In this document: piece by piece, positions 9,166-18,081 of the stretch
Layout of the letters: each line of letters begins with the position of its first letter
How positions within the stretch are numbered: the first letter of the stretch is position 1
Source: a virus
Taxonomy: Duplodnaviria; Caudoviricetes
IMG/VR virus record: IMGVR_UViG_3300012667_000544
Span: 1 to 31,202 of that record
DNA: 31,202 nt
Reading direction: 5' to 3' (one strand)
The notes under the pieces: model-generated
The model's database searches: none
Told to the model about the DNA's origin: nothing
What the model saw: the letters and a program-made list of their open reading frames with translations, nothing else
Position numbers and translations under genes: made by a program

Positions 9166-9588
9166 TTATTTTACTTTATAAAATCTACCTAGGATGTTAC
9201 CATTTAAATAAAGATCATCTTCTAATACACCTGATAAAAACTGATGCTTTACCTCCTGGTAAGTTAATTCAGTTTTGCTATAGCATATTTTAAGTATATA
9301 TCTTTGGATAACTACACCATCTTTATGTGCTTTCTTAAGTACATCATTACTACTATAGTAGTTTTGATAGGCAGACTTTGTTACTACTTTATATTTTTTA
9401 AGTCTCTTATCTGTAGAGATAGCCTTTTTGGCTAGTTTTTTCTTAGTATTAGAAAAGAAGTTCTTCTTTCCTATATAACTAACAGCTTTACCATTAATGA
9501 TAGCTGACATCTGATATACAAATCCTACAGCACCATCTGGAATATCTTTGTCTTCAAAGACTTTTCCTCCACTAAGTATCCAACTCAT
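9166..9588 (-). CDS. GIY-YIG family nuclease (compact phage type)
   Basis: GFVY...SYIGKK, YYSS, conserved E (YQEV), LNGNILGRFY. Confidence 0.8.
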   Translation of the reverse strand: MSWILSGGKVFEDKDIPDGAVGFVYQMSAIINGKAVSYIGKKNFFSNTKKKLAKKAISTDKRLKKYKVVTKSAYQNYYSSNDVLKKAHKDGVVIQRYILKICYSKTELTYQEVKHQFLSGVLEDDLYLNGNILGRFYKVK

Positions 9589-9785
9589 TTTTGGTTCATG
9601 TTTCTTAACATTTCTACTAACTCTTGTTGCATCATTGCATTTACTTCAGAGAGTATTTCTATTTTTAGTTCTTCAGTTAATGTCTGCAATGGTAAGGTCA
9701 TTAACCAGTCTTCAAAATCATTCATTATCTCCATCAAAGCGGCTAGGTAATAACTTTGAGATATTAAGCTGAATATATCTAACAC
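9585..9785 (-). CDS. Small hypothetical protein (true start probably 9725 or 9734)
   Basis: ATGA overlap with the downstream gene; the annotated 5' part overlaps the upstream gene. Confidence 0.6.
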   Translation of the reverse strand: MLDIFSLISQSYYLAALMEIMNDFEDWLMTLPLQTLTEELKIEILSEVNAMMQQELVEMLRNMNQK

Positions 9786-9966
9786 TTTTAGGGTATTCTT
9801 TAAACCATTTTAATATATCTGTATGTATATTACCATTACTATCTCCACAGTTATGATCAAGATCCTCATTTATAATATCTTGAATATTTGAATATATAGC
9901 TTCTTCTTCTGTTTCCCAGATAGAATTATCTGCAGACTTATATGCTTTTATTTGTTGTATTTTCAT
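9718..9966 (-). CDS. Hypothetical protein
   Basis: 82-aa ORF, ATGA-coupled to the primase gene. Confidence 0.75.
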   Translation of the reverse strand: MKIQQIKAYKSADNSIWETEEEAIYSNIQDIINEDLDHNCGDSNGNIHTDILKWFKEYPKSVRYIQLNISKLLPSRFDGDNE

Positions 9967-10946
9967 TGTAAGGCTTGTTTTAATAATGGGGTTAATGTTT
10001 GTTTTACTTTTATTATACCATGGTCTTTTATTGAATCACTAAGATCTTTTGACATATCTAATATTACCTGAGGAATATCATATTTGTTTTTATATTTCTT
10101 CATAGATTCAATGCCCGGGGCATCATTGTCAAATAGTGTACATATACCTTTATATTTGTGTTTATAAGCACTAATCATATGTTCTGGTATTAATATGTTT
10201 TCACTATCAGGAGCTATAGCCTCTGCATTTTTATAACCTAATTTAGTAAAGGCCATGATATCTTTCAATGAACTACATATAATCAAATATGGTACTGTCA
10301 TAGTCAATTGATCTGAACCTTGGATATAATCTTTAACTTTAATGAATTTGTAATCTTTTACATAGGGGTGATAAATCTTATACAGTGTCCCATCTTTTCT
10401 AAAATAGCCATAGCTATTATTACTTTTAATTGTAATCTCTTTAACTTGGTCATCTTCTTCTTTTTTAATAGTGTAATTCAGTAGAGGAGCCACTTTATAA
10501 AATTCTAATAATTTAGAACCTATGTGAAACTTAGTCCAGAATTTTTCATCAATGTTAGTCCATGCTCTTTCAGTAAAATCTACTACTTGATACTTAGATT
10601 TTTTCTTAAAATCTCTTGCACTATAATCCTCATCATGAGTAAGAATAAACTTACCATAATCTTGCATGATTTTATGAGCAGTTTCACCCCTGGTACTTAG
10701 TTTAAATAACTCTTGAACAAGATCTAAAGCATCTCCAGTTTTACCACTAGAGAAATCCTTATACCTATAAACAGTGCTATTAGATAAAAATATATACATT
10801 GAGGGATTTTTATCAACAGGATTAAATGCTGATTTTATTTTTACATCTTGACCAGTTAGTTTTTCTGTCAAGTTTAAATAATATTCAAAAACCCATTCTC
10901 TGGGTACATCAGTTATAGATGTTATTATTGATTTTGTACTCAGCAT
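9963..10946 (-). CDS. DNA primase (TOPRIM, crAss-like type)
   Basis: Degenerate zinc-binding-domain region (SAFNPVDKNPS...YKDFSSGKTGD), TOPRIM LIICSSLKD and LFDNDAPG, C-terminal KDLSD. Confidence 0.85.
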   Translation of the reverse strand: MLSTKSIITSITDVPREWVFEYYLNLTEKLTGQDVKIKSAFNPVDKNPSMYIFLSNSTVYRYKDFSSGKTGDALDLVQELFKLSTRGETAHKIMQDYGKFILTHDEDYSARDFKKKSKYQVVDFTERAWTNIDEKFWTKFHIGSKLLEFYKVAPLLNYTIKKEEDDQVKEITIKSNNSYGYFRKDGTLYKIYHPYVKDYKFIKVKDYIQGSDQLTMTVPYLIICSSLKDIMAFTKLGYKNAEAIAPDSENILIPEHMISAYKHKYKGICTLFDNDAPGIESMKKYKNKYDIPQVILDMSKDLSDSIKDHGIIKVKQTLTPLLKQALQ

Positions 10947-10957
10947 AAGTGTAATGT

Positions 10958-10982
10958 AAAAGGGGAGTTATTAGCTCCCCTT
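10958..10982 (-). terminator. Hairpin / probable weak terminator
   Basis: AAGGGGAG-7 nt-CTCCCCTT with a short T tract, after the SSB-like gene. Confidence 0.6.
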
Positions 10983-10987
10983 GGTTA

Positions 10988-11716
10988 TTAAAGATCAAAA
11001 TCTGAACCTCCAGAACCGATAAGATCAGATCCAGAATCCATAGCAGAACCTCCAAGACCTGGAGAAGGGCTTTCTCCAAATTCAGTAACTGTTTCTACTT
11101 TCTTCTTTTTAATATGGTCTTCAGGTTTAAACTTTAAAAGTTTACTTGGACTTGCTTCTGCAGATTCCAAAGATATACCTTCTTTACTATACTTAGGTAA
11201 AAACAATTCATAACCAGTATAACCACCTTTATTAGTATATTCTTTACCTGCTATACAGAAGTTATAAAATGTACCTTTAAATGGTTTGTCTTTAGCTAAA
11301 GCTTTAAAGAATGATTCAATTGTATCATGCTTACCTTCTTGCTTATCTAACCATGCCATGCAACCTGTGTTGATACAGAACTGCTTTAATGCTTTTAACA
11401 TCTCTTGGTCTCTGTCTACAGGAATACCAGATTTAGTTTCTCCATCTGCAAAAGCCCATTCAGATAATTTAACTGTACCTACTTTACCAGCATGTCTTCC
11501 TAACTCAGGCTTATCTTTGTCAATATAGAAACCTTCAAAGTCAGCTCCTAAGTCTTCACCTTCCACATTTAATACAATGTGATAAGCTCCTTCTTTAAAC
11601 TTGAACTCTTCAAGAGATACATTGTTAATTTTACACAAGTGATTTCCTGGTTCTAATGTTTTTACTACACCTTCTCCACCAACCTTGATGTCTTTTGTAC
11701 TTAATTTTCCGCTCAT
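10988..11716 (-). CDS. Probable single-stranded DNA-binding protein
   Basis: LEPGNH..KI..V OB-like start; Gly/Ser/acidic tail ending SDFDL; lies between annealing protein and primase. Confidence 0.6.
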   Translation of the reverse strand: MSGKLSTKDIKVGGEGVVKTLEPGNHLCKINNVSLEEFKFKEGAYHIVLNVEGEDLGADFEGFYIDKDKPELGRHAGKVGTVKLSEWAFADGETKSGIPVDRDQEMLKALKQFCINTGCMAWLDKQEGKHDTIESFFKALAKDKPFKGTFYNFCIAGKEYTNKGGYTGYELFLPKYSKEGISLESAEASPSKLLKFKPEDHIKKKKVETVTEFGESPSPGLGGSAMDSGSDLIGSGGSDFDL

Positions 11717-11736
11717 TTTATTTATTTTTTATAGGG

Positions 11737-12366
11737 TTATTTTACTTCTGTTGCTGTTATATTAATTACTTCTGCTATAGTACCATCTTCATTCCTTCTC
11801 ACATCAGATTCTTTTAAGAATGTATCAGCCATTTCTTCTGCTGTATATAAACCTAATAATAAATCTGCACCTATTCTGTTGGCACCTTTTGCTATACATC
11901 TAGCATATAACATTTCTCTTGGCATTCTTTTCCAGTTGTCTTTAGTAGTTAAACCTTGACCTTCTGCATCTTTCCAAGTAAAACTACAAGATTCTTCCAT
12001 CTCATCTCTTACAAATACAATAGTAGTTCTTCTGTCAATTGGCTTTGTACCATCTGGCTTAGGAGCTATACTATCTACTGACCCATCAGGATATACAAAT
12101 ACACCATCTTCTTTGGTATAAAACTTTACACCACCTTTTCTTAATAGTGCACCTGTAGCTTTTGCTGACAAGCTTAACTTACCTTGAATAGGTATAATGT
12201 AGTGAAATGCTTGCATTGTAGGGAATCCTAACTCTTTACCCATCTGGGCAATAGTGAAGGCATCTTCCACAGTTTTAATGTGGGTTGGTAGTTTCTTTGA
12301 ATCTATCAAAGTACTTAGAAATTGCTTAAGAGCACTTTCTGTTGAGGTTGTTACTTGGTTTTCCAT
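11737..12366 (-). CDS. RecT/Bet-like single-strand annealing protein
   Basis: G.ELG...MQA...I..IQGK and NWKRMPREMLYAR...GLYTAEEM motifs. Confidence 0.7.
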   Translation of the reverse strand: MENQVTTSTESALKQFLSTLIDSKKLPTHIKTVEDAFTIAQMGKELGFPTMQAFHYIIPIQGKLSLSAKATGALLRKGGVKFYTKEDGVFVYPDGSVDSIAPKPDGTKPIDRRTTIVFVRDEMEESCSFTWKDAEGQGLTTKDNWKRMPREMLYARCIAKGANRIGADLLLGLYTAEEMADTFLKESDVRRNEDGTIAEVINITATEVK

Positions 12367-12945
12367 TTATTTGCTTTTTATAATTTCATTTAACCATTCT
12401 TTTCTACTCACAGGTTTCTTCAATATAATAGCAGCAAAATCTCTGATAGTCATCTCTGTTATAGGAGCTTCCTTATCTGTTAATATTACTGGGTTACTAA
12501 GATCAAAACCACTGTTTTCAATTATTTCTTTTTCTGCATCTGTTTCAATAATCACCTCCTGTTTCTTAACAGTGGAATTATCTTCTTGATTGTATCTCTT
12601 GATAACTATTAATTCTGATATTGGAATAAGATATCTTACTTTAGATGGATCAGCATCTTGAGTTCTTTCATATTCTTCTCCAAAATGTGGGTTAAATTTC
12701 CACATATACAATGCTCTATCTTCTGCTTCTGGAACAATATCTCTAGTAGTTGCCTCTATAAAAATATCATTACCTCTACTTATTTCACTATGAAAAAAAC
12801 TTGTATAAAGTTCTGATTTACCACTAGGCTGATAAACCAATTTTCCATATAATGTGGGATTTACTAATCCCATTTTTTCAAATGTTGGCTGATGAAACTC
12901 CCTGAGTCTCTTGCCATTTTCTTTTTTGTCTTGCATTACTAACAT
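12367..12945 (-). CDS. Hypothetical protein
   Basis: 192-aa ORF within the replication operon. Confidence 0.85.
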   Translation of the reverse strand: MLVMQDKKENGKRLREFHQPTFEKMGLVNPTLYGKLVYQPSGKSELYTSFFHSEISRGNDIFIEATTRDIVPEAEDRALYMWKFNPHFGEEYERTQDADPSKVRYLIPISELIVIKRYNQEDNSTVKKQEVIIETDAEKEIIENSGFDLSNPVILTDKEAPITEMTIRDFAAIILKKPVSRKEWLNEIIKSK

Positions 12946-12947
12946 GA

Positions 12948-13955
12948 TTATATTCTTAATGTTCTGTCTTGTGTTGGAGGTGCGTCAATTGAGTGCAATC
13001 TCATTTTATTATACTCTGTTCTAAAGAAAGCTAAACCAGTATCACCATTTCTTGATTTAAGAAAATGCATAGCTAATATTTCAGGATCTCTGTTTACAAT
13101 ATATCTTTCTACACCATAAAATTTAATTTTCTGTTTACCAGGTCTATTAAGTCCTATTAGTGTATCTGCATGCTGAAGTAAAGCATCAGCACCAAATATA
13201 TCAGATTCAAGAATAAAGTTACCATATTTACCATCTTCATTTCTCTCAGGGCTATCTATATTTCTATTAAGCTGGCTAAGTATGATGAAGGCTATTGGGT
13301 ATCTTTTTTTCAAGTAAGTAAGAGCTTCACCTAATGAATTTAACATATCATTCTTATCTTTCTCTCCTTTACCTTTCTTTAATAACAAAGAGTGATCTAA
13401 AGTAATCATAGTATTAGTATACATTCTTTTAGTAACATCTCCTGTTTTAACTAAAGTAGAGTGTAATAACATATACTCATGAATAATTTCTTTAAATTCT
13501 TCTACAGTACATGGTTCTTCTACAATATCAATAGGTCTTTCTTTTATAGCTTTAGCATAAAGTCTACAGTTTTCAAATTCTTCATCAGTAAGTATACCTG
13601 TTACCATATCAGCACTACAAAGTTGTTTATAACTTCTACCTATATGACTAGAATATTCTCTGATAATAGAGTTTCTACCTAACATTTCTAATTGAAACTC
13701 AAGTACTCTAAATTTTATTTCTGGATTATAAGCAAATGCACCATTAACTATCAAAGTTTTGATAATAGTCTTACCAGTTGCTGGTCTTGCACCAATAACA
13801 GTAGTACTATGCCACTCTATACCATCTAATGTTGCATTGTTAAAACTAGGCCAAGGAGTTTTGATACTTGTAATTGTTCCCTCTTTTCTACCTTTTAAAT
13901 AAGACAAGGATTCATTGAGAGCATCTATTTGAGGCTTCCATTTTATTTGACTCAT
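12948..13955 (-). CDS. dnaB: DnaB-type (SF4) replicative helicase, ATPase domain only
   Basis: GARPATGKT, FQLEM, ITLDH, LSQLNR, QHAD, KSRNG. Confidence 0.92.
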   Translation of the reverse strand: MSQIKWKPQIDALNESLSYLKGRKEGTITSIKTPWPSFNNATLDGIEWHSTTVIGARPATGKTIIKTLIVNGAFAYNPEIKFRVLEFQLEMLGRNSIIREYSSHIGRSYKQLCSADMVTGILTDEEFENCRLYAKAIKERPIDIVEEPCTVEEFKEIIHEYMLLHSTLVKTGDVTKRMYTNTMITLDHSLLLKKGKGEKDKNDMLNSLGEALTYLKKRYPIAFIILSQLNRNIDSPERNEDGKYGNFILESDIFGADALLQHADTLIGLNRPGKQKIKFYGVERYIVNRDPEILAMHFLKSRNGDTGLAFFRTEYNKMRLHSIDAPPTQDRTLRI

Positions 13956-13989
13956 ACTTTTTTTGATTATTGTTTGTTGGTTCTTTTAG

Positions 13990-13997
13990 CAAATTTA
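13990..13997 (-). promoter_or_regulatory. Bacteroidota sigma70 -7 element
   Basis: TAAATTTG matches TAnnTTTG; intergenic, upstream of the helicase gene. Confidence 0.6.
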
Positions 13998-14015
13998 ATA
14001 AAAAAGGATGATATT

Positions 14016-14633
14016 TTAAAACACTTTTTCTTTAAATTCATCTTGTTCATAATCTTCACCATTAAGCACTAAGTCACAATAACTTGCCAAATCTGATGCC
14101 CAAGACTTATCTTGTTCTTGCTTTCTTATAAAATATTTAGAAGTTCTAGTATATTTATACTTTTTAGCTTCTTCAGCCTCTAAATACATCTGAGTTGCCT
14201 TATAAATAGTCTCCCAATCATAAGAATATTCCTCAAAGAACCATCTAAATGCCGGTATTATCTCTTTAATAGGAGCTCTTGCTGCCTTATTACTACCTAA
14301 CTTGATTCTTGGAAATAAGTTATTATACTTTTCTGCATTAACATCAAAATCTGCACCCATAATAGAGTTATTAGATTTCTTAAGTTGTACAGCAAAATAG
14401 GATTCTAGTTTACTAATGAGACTTGCAGCTTTAGGAGTCACTTTACAGACATTTTCTTCCTTAACTATCCATTCATCTATAAGCAGATGCCTGATTTCCT
14501 GATGCATGTTTATATCATTAGATACTAAACCATAATTTATACAATAAAGTACATAAAATTGATTAGGTGTCAATTTCTCCTCTGCTATCATGTTGAATAA
14601 CAACAGAAGGTTCATTTTCTTTTGCGATTTCAT
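14016..14633 (-). CDS. Hypothetical replication protein (possible N-terminal wHTH; initiator or loader candidate)
   Basis: 205-aa ORF between the DnaA-IV-like gene and the helicase; function inferred from context only. Confidence 0.6.
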   Translation of the reverse strand: MKSQKKMNLLLLFNMIAEEKLTPNQFYVLYCINYGLVSNDINMHQEIRHLLIDEWIVKEENVCKVTPKAASLISKLESYFAVQLKKSNNSIMGADFDVNAEKYNNLFPRIKLGSNKAARAPIKEIIPAFRWFFEEYSYDWETIYKATQMYLEAEEAKKYKYTRTSKYFIRKQEQDKSWASDLASYCDLVLNGEDYEQDEFKEKVF

Positions 14634-15036
14634 TTTTTATTATATTATATACTTTTATTGTTTCCTCATCATTAAATTTCAAATAATTAGTAATAGTTTT
14701 TACACCATGTAATATAGTTGAATGATTATATTTAAAGTATCCTGACATAACAGTATAAGTATACCCCATATCATATAATATTTTAAACATTACATGTCTA
14801 TAAATAATGATATGTTTTAATCTTGTTTTAGATCTTATAGTATAATCAGTATCATAGGTTTTTTGTAAGATATCATTGATTATATTTTCTATAGTAACTA
14901 AAGATACTGTTCTAATTTTAGTTTTGCTCAAGGTATAAAGAACTGTTGGATATACACCATAAGTTAAATAAAAATCTTTACAGAATTTACTTACCTCTTC
15001 TTTTGCTTGATTTTTTAATTTTTCATCATTTACCAT
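14563..15036 (-). CDS. DnaA C-terminal (domain IV)-like HTH protein
   Basis: SKTR..II.YRH.......Y...G.T...SGYF..NHSTILHGVKTI resembles the DnaA 'RDHTTVLHA' signature region. Confidence 0.75.
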   Translation of the reverse strand: MVNDEKLKNQAKEEVSKFCKDFYLTYGVYPTVLYTLSKTKIRTVSLVTIENIINDILQKTYDTDYTIRSKTRLKHIIIYRHVMFKILYDMGYTYTVMSGYFKYNHSTILHGVKTITNYLKFNDEETIKVYNIIKNEIAKENEPSVVIQHDSRGEIDT

Positions 15037-15749
15037 ATTATTTTTTCATTAAACTGTTTTTGAACAAGGTCACTTACTTGGTTAAACATATTATTACAAT
15101 CCCATGAAGGAAGGTCTTTATATGCTGCTGAAGCTGGATGACTTGTGAATATTTTGTAACTACTGTTATCTGGTACAACTTCAGACCATTCTTGTGCTTT
15201 CTTACCCATAAATACATATATTAACCCTGGATGATTATAAGTTAAATAATCAAATAGAAATGACATAAAAGGTTTCCATATATCATAATGAGAACCTACC
15301 TTATAAATGGTAGTAGTTAATGCACAATTGGTCATTAGGATACCTTGATTTGACCATCTGGCTAAATCTGGGTCCCATAAATGACCATCAGGATATACAG
15401 TTTCATCTAATGCCTTAAAGATATATCTTAAAGAAGCTTCTGGTTTACCTATATTACTACAACTAAATGCTATTCCATCTGCAACATATGGTTGAGGATA
15501 ACTATCCTGTCCCATTATTACTACTTTAAGATTATTTATAGGACATTGTTCAAATGCTCTAAATACTTGTTTTAAAACAGGAGTAAATCTCTTTCCTTCT
15601 CTGGCTTCTTCTAGTAACTTATTAAGTACAATGTTAAAATCATCACTAAGAATAAAAGTTTTAAGCTTATCTCCCCAGCCTGATGGTTTTAGGTTTTCAT
15701 ATAATTTAGTTTTTACTTCATCTAAATTAATATTGTCTAGTTTATTCAT
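15030..15749 (-). CDS. ung: Uracil-DNA glycosylase, family 1
   Basis: VFRAF, KVVIMGQDSY, ADGIAFS, W..QGILM.N.ALT, SHPAS. Confidence 0.93.
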   Translation of the reverse strand: MNKLDNINLDEVKTKLYENLKPSGWGDKLKTFILSDDFNIVLNKLLEEAREGKRFTPVLKQVFRAFEQCPINNLKVVIMGQDSYPQPYVADGIAFSCSNIGKPEASLRYIFKALDETVYPDGHLWDPDLARWSNQGILMTNCALTTTIYKVGSHYDIWKPFMSFLFDYLTYNHPGLIYVFMGKKAQEWSEVVPDNSSYKIFTSHPASAAYKDLPSWDCNNMFNQVSDLVQKQFNEKIIW

Positions 15750-15755
15750 TTTTTA

Positions 15756-15763
15756 TATATTTA
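15756..15763 (+). promoter_or_regulatory. Probable -7 element of the lone plus-strand gene
   Basis: TATATTTA (one mismatch to TAnnTTTG) 4 nt before the ATG; ATTG 20 nt upstream. Confidence 0.45.
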
Positions 15764-15767
15764 CAAC

Positions 15768-16082
15768 ATGGAAAAAATTAAGTATGATACTATACCTTCT
15801 GATGCACTAATTGATATTCAAGTATCAGGTTCATTCTATAAAAAAATAGTTGAGTTAATAACATCTTTAGGACAATCTGTACCTCAGAAAGAATTTGAAG
15901 AAGCTCTTGAAAAACTTAAAACTGATAAACCTCTTGCAAGTTTATTTGAGTACAATATTCATGTATTAATTGCATTAATATATGAAATAGAGAAAAAGGC
16001 TGTTGATCAGAAAAAAACTAAGGAAGTAGAAATTGATGCAGAACCTACAAAAGATGTAGATCCTACACAACCTCTTACCTAA
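15768..16082 (+). CDS. Hypothetical protein (only plus-strand gene)
   Basis: 104-aa ORF filling the gap between minus-strand genes; local strand composition flips. Confidence 0.85.
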   Translation: MEKIKYDTIPSDALIDIQVSGSFYKKIVELITSLGQSVPQKEFEEALEKLKTDKPLASLFEYNIHVLIALIYEIEKKAVDQKKTKEVEIDAEPTKDVDPTQPLT

Positions 16083-16464
16083 AGTTAATTCCTACAAAGT
16101 CTCCTCTTTCAATTAAAGTTTGAATAGTTAAACCTAACTCATCTTTAGAACAATCAGCAAATGATCTGCAATATGCTTCACCATCTTTGTCAAAGCATAG
16201 ACCACTTGCTATCTTGATATCTCTTTCTGTACTTTCAAAAGTTTCACCTGTCTCTTTTGCTAATTCTCTGATACAAGCTTTGACTTTAGCAATCTGTGTA
16301 AGAGTACCATTATCTAAGTTAGCATCAAAGAAGGCATGTATAACATGACCTTCTTCTAATGAATTTACAAATAGCTTATATAGTTCAGATTCAGATTCTT
16401 TTCTGCATATCAATCTACCATCTACTTTTACTAAGATGGTGCTAAATATAGCTTCCTTACTCAT
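16075..16464 (-). CDS. NinB/YbcN-like recombination protein (tentative)
   Basis: TQ...I.ELA.ETG.TF...K...RS.AD.SK.EL...I..L.....GI pattern. Confidence 0.5.
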   Translation of the reverse strand: MSKEAIFSTILVKVDGRLICRKESESELYKLFVNSLEEGHVIHAFFDANLDNGTLTQIAKVKACIRELAKETGETFESTERDIKIASGLCFDKDGEAYCRSFADCSKDELGLTIQTLIERGDFVGINFR

Positions 16465-16598
16465 TACTTTTTAGGATTAAGTTTCTTCCATAGAGACTTA
16501 GCTTGTTTTAAAGCTTCTTTTTCTGCAGGAGTTTTACTAAATAATGCTTGTCTAGCATCACTATCTTGTTTTGCTGTTGTTGTTTTTTCTTGTGACAT
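16464..16598 (-). CDS. Small basic protein (44 aa, not in the ORF track)
   Basis: MSQEKTTTAKQDSDARQALFSKTPAEKEALKQAKSLWKKLNPKK; TAATG-coupled to the next gene. Confidence 0.7.
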   Translation of the reverse strand: MSQEKTTTAKQDSDARQALFSKTPAEKEALKQAKSLWKKLNPKK

Positions 16599-16620
16599 TG
16601 TTGTTGGTTTTGATTGTTAA

Positions 16621-16941
16621 TTACTCTACATAATATTCATTGAGTTCTCTAACTTCTTCTTTAGCTTCTTCTAGAATCTTATTAAGCATTGCATCTACAT
16701 CAAATCCCTGATCAACAGGAATTCCAAATCTATTAGCTGCAAAAAACTGATAAGGAAAATAAGCATCAATATTAAGTTCTTCTAGTTTAAAGCCTACCAT
16801 ACCTCCTTGTATAAGAAGCTTGGCTACTTTAATTACTGTGTAGAATTCTCCTTCTACAACCCACTTACTAGTAGGTATATCATTTGGTTTATTTTTAGCA
16901 TCTATGCACTGAACTCTAAAGGGCAGTTTCACTTCCATCAT
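16621..16941 (-). CDS. Hypothetical protein
   Basis: ORF 16621..17004; start placed at MMEVKLPF to reduce overlap. Confidence 0.75.
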   Translation of the reverse strand: MMEVKLPFRVQCIDAKNKPNDIPTSKWVVEGEFYTVIKVAKLLIQGGMVGFKLEELNIDAYFPYQFFAANRFGIPVDQGFDVDAMLNKILEEAKEEVRELNEYYVE

Positions 16942-17236
16942 TTGTATCTTCTGCTGGGTTATAACCTGGGTTCCATTTATAATCTGTAGATTGGCTAGGT
17001 ACAAAATGACCTGCTTGGTGGGCTACTTCTCTTAATTGTCTATGATAAGTTTCCTCATCATCTTCATGAATAGTTACTGCACCTACATCTTCAGGCATAA
17101 AGTCATTATCACAAGAATAAAGAGTTACTTGTGTAAATACTTTTACATCCTCTTTATCATCTGTTTTACTTACAGGGGCTGGTAAAGTCATTATCTTTAA
17201 CTTTCTACCATCAATTTCTAATGCTGTTGTTGCCAT
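16916..17236 (-). CDS. Hypothetical protein
   Basis: 106-aa ORF directly after a promoter motif. Confidence 0.8.
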   Translation of the reverse strand: MATTALEIDGRKLKIMTLPAPVSKTDDKEDVKVFTQVTLYSCDNDFMPEDVGAVTIHEDDEETYHRQLREVAHQAGHFVPSQSTDYKWNPGYNPAEDTNDGSETAL

Positions 17237-17240
17237 TCTG

Positions 17241-17248
17241 CAAATATA
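17241..17248 (-). promoter_or_regulatory. Bacteroidota sigma70 -7 element
   Basis: TATATTTG, 4 nt before ATG 17236. Confidence 0.6.
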
Positions 17249-17500
17249 TTAAAATCTTTTAATGGTTACTATGTAAATTGTTTTATTTACAACAGGACTT
17301 AAATCAACAGTTACATAACTGATCATAGGGTTTTTAGGAGGTAACATTAATGTTTTAAAAGATACTTCTCTAAGTCCTGCTTTATAATCCCAAACATTTG
17401 ACCACTTTATAGGTTGATTTAATCCCTTTACATTTGTTTCCAAAGGTCTTAAATGTGATGTCTGCATGAGAGTAATCTCATCTTGTTTATTTATTGCCAT
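17249..17500 (-). CDS. Hypothetical protein
   Basis: 83-aa ORF, 1 nt from clpS. Confidence 0.75.
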   Translation of the reverse strand: MAINKQDEITLMQTSHLRPLETNVKGLNQPIKWSNVWDYKAGLREVSFKTLMLPPKNPMISYVTVDLSPVVNKTIYIVTIKRF

Positions 17501-17501
17501 A

Positions 17502-17792
17502 TTATTCTATTTTAACTGATAATTGATGTTCTTGTAATGCTTCATAAATAGGTCTTAGTTTGTTATAAGAACCATGTTTAATATCACATTTACCACTATT
17601 ATGTACTATAAGTGCTATCTGTTCTGCCTGTTCTTTACTATGTTCACAATATAGCATTAAACAGTTAATAACATGAAAGAAATTATTCACATCATCATTG
17701 TAAAGTATAATAGCCTTACTAGGCTCTATCATTTCTTTAATTTCAGCATCAAGCTGTGTCTCCTCTATCGGGTCCATTGTTGGTGTTTCCAT
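17502..17792 (-). CDS. clpS: ATP-dependent Clp protease adaptor ClpS
   Basis: IILYNDDVNNF.HVI..L...EQA..IAL.VH.SGK....G...L...LSVKIE. Confidence 0.9.
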   Translation of the reverse strand: METPTMDPIEETQLDAEIKEMIEPSKAIILYNDDVNNFFHVINCLMLYCEHSKEQAEQIALIVHNSGKCDIKHGSYNKLRPIYEALQEHQLSVKIE

Positions 17793-18078
17793 CTCTTTGT
17801 TTTTTAATTACTGCATCTCTTACATCATAAGTTAAATCCATTAACAAATCATATATTTCTTGCTGCTCTTTTGATTCATCTTCACCTTCTTTATAGTTAG
17901 TTAGTTTATTTAAACCTTGTTCATAGTCTTTTACAACAGTAAATAACTTTTTAAAATAAAGTTTAAACTCATATCTATGTTCAGGTAAAGTATGAATCAA
18001 CTCAGATAAGCATCTGACATGTGCAAGCATTAATGTAATATTAAGGGAATCCTCTGGTTTTAAGTTCTGATGGCTCAT
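17749..18078 (-). CDS. Hypothetical protein
   Basis: 109-aa co-oriented ORF. Confidence 0.75.
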   Translation of the reverse strand: MSHQNLKPEDSLNITLMLAHVRCLSELIHTLPEHRYEFKLYFKKLFTVVKDYEQGLNKLTNYKEGEDESKEQQEIYDLLMDLTYDVRDAVIKKQRDGNTNNGPDRGDTA

Positions 18079-18081
18079 AAA

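Noticed and set aside
17683-17691. DnaA-box-like TTATTCACA
   Set aside because: Single copy inside clpS; expected by chance in AT-rich DNA.
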